DNA from: the human T2T-CHM13v2.0 reference genome, Homo sapiens
DNA: 64,000 nt
NCBI RefSeq assembly: GCF_009914755.1
Contig: NC_060930.1
Reading direction: 5' to 3' (one strand)
The notes under the pieces were generated by a model that saw only the letters and a program-made list of their open reading frames with translations, did no database searches and had not been told where the DNA came from. Position numbers and translations under genes: made by a program. Positions 47,043-64,000 of the stretch are shown here, piece after piece. Numbering within the stretch: position 1 is the first letter of the stretch; every line of letters starts with the position of its first letter.

Positions 47043-48120
47043 AAAGATAAATTAGTACAACTTTTTTGCAAGGTGATAATTATCTGAGTTTCAAATATAC
47101 AAATTCTTATATTACATTAGAAAGATCCATTTCTAAAGAAGTACTAAAAGACACAGGCAAAGATTATTTTCATTGCAGTTCAGTCTTATCAGCCATACAG
47201 CAAAATTCCAGTCATTAAAGAGCCAGACCTATATTTAAACTAATAAAAACAATCCTCATGATACATACTGTGAAGCAAGCAGGTTGCAGAAAAACGCTAA
47301 TCATGTGATACTGTTTTTTTTTTTTTTTTTACAAATAGACAAACACCTGTGAGTGTACATATATATAGTTGTATATGGAAAGAATAAAAATAATGAAGTA
47401 CACATATCAGACTGTTAATACTGATTGCTCCCTGAATAGTATGATATAGCAAGGCAGGAAAGGGAACACTTTATGTTCTTCATGTTCCCTGATTGTGTTT
47501 CAAGAATGTTTTACTTTTATAAAAAAGAAAAATCTAAATATATGTTAGAAAGTTTCAGAAGTTCCTACTCCCGATCTTCAATCTGAAATCTTACAATAAA
47601 AGAAAAAGTAAAACTGATTTCAGAAAACTGTGAGGTATATTTACTATCAAAATCAGTCAGAAAATATTTTAGGTTTTCATGGAAATTATCTGCAATTAGA
47701 AAAGCATAGTGTCCCCATAATGGATGGCCAGCTACAGAGTCACACCTAACAGCAACTTCAGGCCCTTCCCTCCTTTTTGTTACTATGTTTCCCTATTAGC
47801 TTTTTAGTCTCATGAAGGCATTTGTGTTCTACCTTGAGCACCTGGAACAGTGTCTTTCATATAAGAAGTGCTCCATACCTGTTTACTGGTTGAATAAAAT
47901 AGATGTAGAAGCAGAGAAGATACTTGGGCTATGATTCTTGACTATCCAGATAAATGCTCAAAATTTGCTTCTGCAGGACACTGTTTTTCAGAGGTAGTGT
48001 AATATTAGGCTCTAGTGGTACATGCTGGGATGATTGCTAGCCACAGAGCCTCTTCCTCAAAAATTGCCACTGTTTCTCAAATATCACAGAATCAGAGGCA
48101 ATTAAAAACAACAGAAGAAG

Positions 48121-48432
48121 GCCAGGCATGGTGGCTCATGCCTGTAATCCCACTATAATCCCAACAGTTTGGGAGGCCAAAGTGGGAGGATTACTTCAGC
48201 CCAGGAGTTTGAGACCAACCTGGGCAACATAGCAAGACCTCGTCTTCACAAAAAATTTAAAAATTGTCTGGGAATGGTGGAGTAGGCCTGGAGTCTCAGC
48301 TATTCAGAAGGCTGAGGTGGGAGGATCACTTTAGCCTGGGAAGTCGAGGCTATGGTTAAGTCATAATCATGCCATTGCACTCCAGCCTGTGTGATAGAGT
48401 AAGACCTTGTCTCAAAAAAACAAAAAACAAAC
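48121..48432 (+). mobile_element. AluJ SINE
   Basis: Diverged dimer with a small internal duplication of TAATCCC. Confidence 0.9.
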
Positions 48433-48556
48433 AGGAGCAATAGGACATATTCTAAACATAAGAGTACTAAATAGGAAAAAAAAAAAAGTGGGACAGAATA
48501 GTGTTATAGTGACCCCAAAAAAGCCATTACAAACTGAGAGTAAAAAACTTGATTTT

Positions 48557-48888
<332 letters not shown>

Positions 48889-49004
48889 CTAAATAGCAGG
48901 AATCAGGATTTTTCTCTGTATCCGTAGTACCTAGTACATAGAGGCACTTGATCATCTGTTATTAAAATAAAGGAGTTTGATTTATGAATTAAACTGATAT
49001 TAAC

Positions 49005-49341
<337 letters not shown>

Positions 49342-49424
49342 TAAGAAAAAAGGATGAAAAAACTGAAGAATTCTGAGACCTTGGATTCCTAGGCTACAAA
49401 AAGCTGGATAAAATAATTTCTTAC

Positions 49425-49533
49425 CAAGATATACACTTTGTCATCCTGACCTTGAATCGTGAATCTAAAAGTGCTTCTAGCAGAGGAGAGCTGCACCAGA
49501 CACTGGGCGATCACGCTCTGGACAAACCAAGAC
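49425..49533 (-). CDS. UBE3D: UBE3D coding exon (probably exon 7, 109 nt)
   Basis: caaacag|GTCTTGG...ATCTTG|gtaaga; translates (R)SWFVQSVIAQCLVQLSSARSTFRFTIQGQDDKVYIL; phases match both neighbouring exons. Confidence 0.95.
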
Positions 49534-50500
49534 CTGTTTGAACAGAAATCAATTTTTACAATGTGTATCTCATAATAACTCTAACTGGCAAGATAAGCAA
49601 AAAATACACACACGGTACCTAAAAGGCAGACATATCCACATGCCAGACTTTTCTACGGACTGCTCATTCCCTCAGAATCTGCACTGATGTGGATTTTAAT
49701 ATATTTTAATGTATTCAGGTTTGCTCCATTCTTCTTAAAACCTATTCTCCAATCCTTGATACACTTTCCACACCAAACCTAACTATTCACCCCTACTGAA
49801 TAAAAAAATACCATGTTAGAACAAGTCAATACTCCATTTGTGCTGTAGCATATTAAACAGAGAATAACTAACTTACAAAAGAAGGCAAGAAATTTCCTTC
49901 CAAACATCAGACAGTATTGTCTACATTTTCTTCCATTTGGATCTCCCTAAAGTGTCAGCTCTGAGGTACAGAATCAAAGTATTTACATAAGGATAAGTTC
50001 AAGGCTATACTCAAAGATTGCTATAATTTTTGGATATCAACAAATAAACTGGAATAAAGACATATCATGGTTAACTTGTTTGCAAACTAAAGAGTCAAAG
50101 AAATAAAAACACTAATAGATTTAGTGACTAAGTACCATGTTTTTAAAACATAGGAGTCATTTGAAACTGACCCATGTTTCAAATTTTAAATAATTCAAAT
50201 TAAAACCAGAAATTATTCAAAAAACTTATTGGTGACTGGGTGATAAGATTCTAGATATCTGGCACATAGAAATAAGCATAGAAAACTTTCAGAATTAGAA
50301 GATTTATAAGAGCACATTTGTCTACAGCACTATATGATCAAAACATTTTTTAAAATCCTCAAAACTTTTATATGTGTGGTTTGGTTCAACTATCAAAAAG
50401 GCTTTCTCTTTCCTTTTCCAAATAAAGAAAGGTATGAATAAAAATGAATTCCCATATGATCAATTGTACTTCCTTTTTCCTACATTTGGAATTACAAATA

Positions 50501-50904
50501 TATGCCATGGAATACTACTTAGCCACAAAAAGGAACGAAATAATGGCATTCACAGCATCCTGGATGTAACTGGAGACTATTATTCTAAGTGAAGTAACTC
50601 AGGAATGGAAAACCAAACATCGTATGTTCTCCTTCATAAGTGGGAACGAAGCTATGAGGATGCAAAGGCATAAGAATAATACAATGGACTTTGAGGACTT
50701 GGAGAAAAGGCAGGGGGAGGGGTAAGAGATAAAAGACTACACTTGAGTACAGTGAACAGTGCTTGTGTGATGGATGCACCCAAATCTCAGAAATTATCAC
50801 TATTCATGTAAGCAAACATCATCTGTTCCCAAAAACCTATTAAAATAAAAAATAAATTCAAAACCAAAAAATAAAAAATAAAGGTCTGAATGGGGAAAAA
50901 AATA
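50501..50904 (+). mobile_element. L1PB-type 3' end
   Basis: GCTATGAGGATGCAAAGGCATAAGAATAATACAATGGACTTTG; A-rich tail; candidate TSD AATTACAAATA at 50490-50500 and 50905-50915. Confidence 0.88.
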
Positions 50905-50940
50905 AATTACAAATAAATAAATGTAATTTGCTATTTGTAC

Positions 50941-51010
50941 CTTGGTATGATAGGAAAACTCCTCTCAGATGACTGAATAATTATCTCTGTCATATAAAAC
51001 TTGGTGGTTT
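50941..51010 (-). CDS. UBE3D: UBE3D coding exon (probably exon 6, 70 nt)
   Basis: ttttcttttttgtttctag|AAACC...CCAAG|gtacaa; translates (E)TTKFYMTEIIIQSSERSFPIIP(R). Confidence 0.93.
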
Positions 51011-51399
51011 CTAGAAACAAAAAAGAAAATTAAGACTCTCCCCAATACACTAATAATTTTATTGTGGGCAAGTTGACTCCAAATTAGGATATTCCAAACT
51101 AAATATTAAATATACTGGTAAAATTAATATTCTGTAAACATTTTCCCAAAACTACTTAGTTTCAGAAGACAAAGCATTGGTCACTACAAGGAGATAGTTC
51201 TGAAGCTTCTGTGTCTTTTTAGAAAATAATGCCCAGAGACTCTGCTTACACATATGGAAGATTATAAAAGTTAGTCACATCACAGGCATAGTGCACTTAG
51301 ATAGAAATTAGTCACTGGGTTTCCTCAATTCTACAGAATAGCTACAAACCTGTAAGTCAATGAAAAAGACTTCTGGTTTGTTTTTGGTTTTGATGTACT

Positions 51400-52160
51400 A
51401 TTTTCCCAGATAAAGGCAGTTCTAATGGCTTCCACTTGGTCTTTTCTACCATAATAGCCTCAATACACACTTTGGGGAACTAACGTGGGGATTCTGCCAG
51501 CTGCTAAGTGTGTTAATTTGAGTTAAGCACTCTGGAATTCGGGAATAATCACAGGAAGCATTCAGGGATCCACTGGACCCACCGTGAGATGGACCTGAGT
51601 TAAAACTCTATTGATCACCTGACCCCATCCCCTACTCTAATTGGAAGGCCACAGTGATGTTTTGGGTCTTCTAGAATTGGTGTTCATTTAGAACCAGTGT
51701 CCAGCAGTCCCTAAAAGGTGTGATTATTTCCTTTTCCCCAGTGCGCATGGGGAACTGTTACCCTGAGAAAGGCCATGGTTCCCTTTGTGGAAGCCTGGGA
51801 GAAAGATTAACGGTATAAATTTCAGGTAGCATCGTTTTTCGTTGAGGGCATCTGTCCTCTCCTTCATTCAAGGGGTCCTGGGCCTACAAAGGCTCAAGTG
51901 TGAGAATTGATTGAGGGGCCAGGACTCTCTGTTTTTATGATTCAAGCTCGACTTTTATTCACTTGACATAGAACTTTCTTATACAAATCAAGTAAGATTT
52001 TAGCAGGCTTGCTATCTAATTCACTTCTAGACAACACCATGATCAACTAGCAAACATCATATAACTGAATAACTCAGATTATTCCAATTGTTGCCTTGCT
52101 TTCTGTCCATTACACTAACCACACCTACCTTGCCTTTGATGTTCCAGTGCTCCTACCTGA
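51400..52160 (-). mobile_element. Older ERVL internal fragment (gag end and protease), no LTR seen
   Basis: Colinear with HERV-L 41300-42050; AGAACCAGTGTCCAGCAG encodes LLDTGS on the minus strand. Confidence 0.8.
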
Positions 52161-52492
52161 AAAGGGGTTTTTAATCACAGCATCCCAAAACACAGATGCG
52201 GTGAACCTCACATTAGAATCTACCCAGAATCTCAATGACTCTATTGATATACAATTCTCACTAAATCTGGTTATCTGATTGCTTACAGAAAAATTTAAAT
52301 AGAAATTTAATAGACATAAATGTAAACACAATCATCTTGGAGTTCTAAAAAAATCTAAGAAAAAGTTTAATCTCACTAACGATGAAGAAAATGTACATCA
52401 AAATAAGATTTTTTTTTTTGCATCAAACAAAATATTTTAAAATGATAAGGTGTACTGCTGGATACGCTTATTTATATAGATGGATATGCTTA

Positions 52493-52960
<468 letters not shown>

Positions 52961-53136
52961 TTATCTATAGTGATACTCATAATATCAATAGAAAAATACT
53001 GAAAACAAATGTCTAAAAATTGAGGATGGGTTAAATATTCAGGCAACATAACTGCATGCATGTTTCAAATTTTAAATAGGTCAAATTCAAACCAGAAATA
53101 ATTAAAAATGAGGCTGTCATTAAAAATGGTGGTGTT

Positions 53137-53430
53137 GCCCAGGTACAGTGGCTCATACTTAATCCCAGCACTTTGGAAGGCCAAGGCAGGACGATCACTT
53201 CAAGCCCAGGAGTTTGAGACCATTCTGGACAACAAAGTGACAGCCTGTCTCTACAAAAAATTCTTTTAAAAATTAGCCAGGCAGAGTGGCATGTGCCTGT
53301 AGTTCCAGCTACTCGGGAGGCTGAGGCAAGAGGACTGTTTGAGCCCAGAAGTCTGAGGCTTCAATGAACTACTGCGCTCCAGCCTGAGAGACAGAGTAAG
53401 ATCCCATCTCTTAAAAAATAAAATAAAATA
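53137..53430 (+). mobile_element. AluJ SINE
   Basis: Diverged dimer with (AAAAT)n tail. Confidence 0.88.
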
Positions 53431-53661
53431 GTGTTGTCAAACAACTTTTAATAAGACAAAGTTATTTTTTGAAAAAGTGTGTAATTGCTCAATATTACAC
53501 ACAGAAAGGTAAAAAAAATAAATGGTTTCATAGATTAATATATAGACAGCCATGACAGATTTACCCATTTATCATTGAAGATGTGTCAATATTTACTATT
53601 TTGAAATCGTTATTACACGCAGGACTAAACTAAACCTTTTTAACTTTATGAAATGCCTATG

Positions 53662-53905
53662 TATTTATTTATTTACTTATTTAAGACAGGGTCTTGCCCT
53701 GTTGCCCAATTAGGGTGCAGTGGTGTGATCACAGCTCACTGTACCTCGAACCCCTGGGCTTAAGTGATCCTTCCGCATCAGCCTCCTGAGTAGCTAGCAC
53801 TACAGGCATGCACCACTATGCCCAGTTAATTTTTTGTAGAGACCAGGTTTCACTATGTTGCCTAGGCCGGTCTCAAGGGATCCTCTCATCTCCGCCTCCC
53901 AAAGC
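53662..53905 (-). mobile_element. AluJ, partial
   Basis: (TTTA)n tail, right arm and partly deleted left arm. Confidence 0.85.
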
Positions 53906-54127
53906 AGAAGTGACCCTTTTTATTTCATGTGTTGTTAATCTAAAATTTAATTATATTATTTTAATCCCACAAGTATTATTTCTATTGTTTTATAGTTAAT
54001 ATTCATTTAAGTGTTATGTGAATATTCACGATTTTATCAACCCTTATTGAACTTAGATCTTCTATGTGGGATCATTTTCTTCTACCTGAGTACAGGTACA
54101 ATTTCTTTTCATAAGAAACCACTATGG

Positions 54128-57120
<2,993 letters not shown>

Positions 57121-57125
57121 CTTTG

Positions 57126-60363
<3,238 letters not shown>

Positions 60364-60364
60364 C

Positions 60365-60786
60365 TGATATGGTTTGGAGCTGTGTCCCCACCCAAATCTC
60401 CTGCTGAATTGTAATCCCTAATGTTGGAGGTGGGACCTGGTGGGAGGTGACTGGATTATGGCGGTGGGTCCTTCATGAATGGTTTAGCACCATCCCCTTG
60501 GTGCTGTACTCATGATGGTGAGTGAGTGACTTCTTACAAGATCCACTAGTTTAAAAGTGTGTAGCACCTCCCTTCATTCTCTCTTGCTACTGCTTCCACT
60601 ATGTGAGATGCCTCACTCCTCCTGTTTTGTGCCATGATTGTAAGTTTCCTAAGGCCTCCCCCAAACCAGAAGCTGCTATGCTTCCTGTATAGGCTGCAGT
60701 ACCATACGCCAATTAAACCTCTATTTTCTTTATAAATTACCCAGTCTTGGGTATTTCTTTATAGCAATGGAGAAGGGACTAATACA
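60365..60786 (+). mobile_element. MSTB-like solo LTR
   Basis: TGATATGGTTTGGAGCTGTGTCCCC...GACTAATACA; TSD ATCAC at 60360-60364 and 60787-60791. Confidence 0.9.
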
Positions 60787-61439
60787 ATCACTTTGCTTCC
60801 AAAATATCCTCCTTAAAATTTCTACTTTCTCCACCACCTACCCTAAACCAAACCCACCATGTATAGACAGTAAAGCTGTGGGCTTTTCCTGCCTAAGTTG
60901 GGAAGATATAAGGTGACAAGGTCCGTCTGCCTCCCCAGGCAAAACAAAATTACAAACTTGCTATTCTTTCCCAATATAGTAGCAGTTTTCCACTACTTAA
61001 ATAGTTCTCAAATTGTTGCTTCACTTTTGTTCATTTTCTAGTGCCCTAATATGGTTCTTATTAATTTTTAAAATTGTCCAGTTTTGTACATGTTTTCTAC
61101 AGAATAAAATTGCCCATTCTCTTCATGACACTATTTTGGGAAGTGGAATCCTAGTGATTTACTTTTAGAACAGATGTGGATATAGATCTCTTATACCACC
61201 CCACACACAAACTCACACATATTGACCTTCTAATATACTTTTGTATCATACTACAATGTTTAGTTAAGTGAATATTCAGTGTTTACATTATTATTACCAT
61301 AATACTACCATGGAGATGTTTCTTTTCTTGTTCAACCTTTTTTCTTCTTCCTGCAGTGAATAACTGCTTCAATCACCTTTTAGCTAATTCTTTCCATATA
61401 ATGAAATGGTTTGTCTCGAGATTAGCTGTCGTCACATGT

Positions 61440-61809
61440 TGATCTAGTTTGGCTCTGTGTCCCCACCCAAATCTCATGTCAAGTTGTAATCCCCATGTGT
61501 TAAAGTTGGGGCCTGGTGGGAAGTGATTGGATCATGGGGGTGGTCTCTAATGGTTTAGCACCATCTCCCCCGTCTCACGATAGAGTTATCACAAGATCTG
61601 AGGTTTAAAAGTGTGTGGCAATTCCCTGCTCTCTCTCTCCTGCCCCCTTATGAAGAAGGTGCTTGCTGCTTCTTTGCCTTCTGCCATGACTGTAAGTTTC
61701 CTGAGGCCTTCCCAGCCATATAGAACTGTGAGACAATTAAACCTCTTTTCTTTACAAATTACCCAGTCTCAAGTAGTTCTTTACAGCAGTGTGAAAATGG
61801 ACTAATACA
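61440..61809 (+). mobile_element. MSTA/THE1-like solo LTR
   Basis: TGATCTAGTTTGGCTCTGTGTCCCCACCCAAATCTC...AATGGACTAATACA. Confidence 0.88.
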
Positions 61810-61871
61810 CATCAAACAAATCAAATAATTTATCAATTCCACTTTATAACTAAAAAAAAAGAAAAAAAATC

Positions 61872-62171
<300 letters not shown>

Positions 62172-62964
62172 TTATTGCAATCTTCTTTCCCATTTGCTTC
62201 AATCTAGGCTGCTATCCTGTAGTCCTGCTGCCCACTCCTTACCCTGGGACTTCCTTATCCCGCTCTCCTTTATTGTACACCTTGTTACCCAATTCCATGT
62301 CATCTCTTCCTAGATTGAATCCCTAGTTTAGATGATTTATATTTTATGGTGAATTACTAAGAAAAATAAACCTTTGAGAATTGTGTTTTGAGACTTTGTT
62401 ATTTGCAAAATGGCTTTTATTATTTTCATATTTGACTGATAGCTCGACTGTGTATAGAATTCTGGGCTGAAATCTTTTTCTTTTCAAATTATGAAGGCAC
62501 TGCTTCACTGCCTTCTAGCTTTCAGCTCTGCTGTTAAGAAGTTCAATGCTATTCTAATTCTTAATCTGTCTTATATTAACTGCCTTTTTCCCTCTGCAAA
62601 CTTCATCCTTGGTGTTCTGAAATTATTCACTGTTGTGGCCTGAAGTGGCTTCCTTACTATTCCTCTATTAATTACAGTGGGTACTTAGTGGACCCTTTCA
62701 GTCAAGAAACTGAAGTCCTAGCTCTGGAAAATAGACTTGTATTTTTGGTATTTTTGTTATTGGATAATTTCCTACATTCTGTTGTCTCTATTCTCTCTTT
62801 CTAGAATTTCTATAAGCTAGATGTTGGTTGTCCTGAAAGGCTCAATTCACTTATTCATTCAACAAATACTTACTGGGTACTCACTATGTGCCAGACATTA
62901 CACTAAGTGCTGAGATTACAGGGATAGACAAGATAGACAATGTCTCTACCTTCAGGAAACTTAA

Positions 62965-63301
<337 letters not shown>

Positions 63302-63694
63302 TAATTTTCAGTCTCTGTCTTTTGGTTTTAATTTCTGGCCTAATTCTTTACTTTTATCTTCCAATTCTTTAATTTTTTTTTTCTGAAGCTATTACATTTT
63401 TAAATTCCACATTCTCTGAATTATGGAAGCAATATTAGTTTATTTCTTCAAGGGCATTTTTTTTTTAAAGATTTACTTCTGCTGTATACATAATGTGTTT
63501 CTTCTCAGTGCTTTTAATTTGCTTGCTTAATCATTTATTTGCCTTGGTTTCTTTTTTGTTGATTTACTCAAATATTTGGTGATTCTCAACAATTCATTTC
63601 AATTTTAGTGTAAGGCAGTGAAATGCTGAGAGAAAGTTCTTGGGTATAGGTACAAGGTTTGTTGACTGTAGGATGAGTGAATATAAGCTCTCTC

Positions 63695-63868
63695 TTTTTT
63701 TTTTTTTTTAAGAGATAGAGTCTCCCTATGTTCTCCAGGCTGAAGTGCAGTGGCTATTCATAGGTGCAATAATAGTGCACCACAGCCTTGAACCCCTGGG
63801 CTCAAGTGACCCTCCTGCCTCAGCCTCCCAAGTAGCTGGGACTATAGGCATGCACCACTGTGCTCAGT
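63695..63868 (-). mobile_element. FAM (fossil Alu monomer)
   Basis: Monomer retaining the 7SL-like GTGGCTATTCATAGGTGC segment absent from dimeric Alus. Confidence 0.8.
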
Positions 63869-64000
63869 TTAACCTCATTTTTGTTGAACAACGACATAAC
63901 CTCATTTTTGGTTGAATGTCCCCAAAGAATCAGTGTCTGCAAGTCTTTTCTCTAGTTGGTATTCTTCCATTATTCAAAAAAAAAGGGTGTGGGGGAGGTC

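Overview
This is primate (very likely human) genomic DNA, AT-rich and dominated by repeats. It lies inside the minus-strand gene UBE3D (E3 ubiquitin ligase E3D, also UBE2CBP/C6orf157). Three consecutive coding exons (50941-51010, 49425-49533, 45945-46108) have canonical AG/GT boundaries and splice into one open frame. The six-frame ORF track misses them, and nearly all listed ORFs are repeat-derived noise. The rest is intronic. It holds a near full-length HERV-L provirus (MLT2A2-type LTRs, 37509-44077, 5-bp TSD, same strand as UBE3D), a full THE1D-like MaLR nested in an MST LTR stack, more than 20 Alus, L1/L2/CR1 fossils and several DNA-transposon MITEs. I found no convincing new biological system. 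The best leads are reciprocal decay of the two HERV-L LTRs (5' LTR keeps a DUX4-type site and lost AATAAA; 3' LTR the reverse), a multi-jump templated insertion inside THE1D, an unexplained 18-bp perfect inverted repeat, and two short local duplications. Repeat subfamily names and exon numbers come from recall of consensus sequences, not from a database search.
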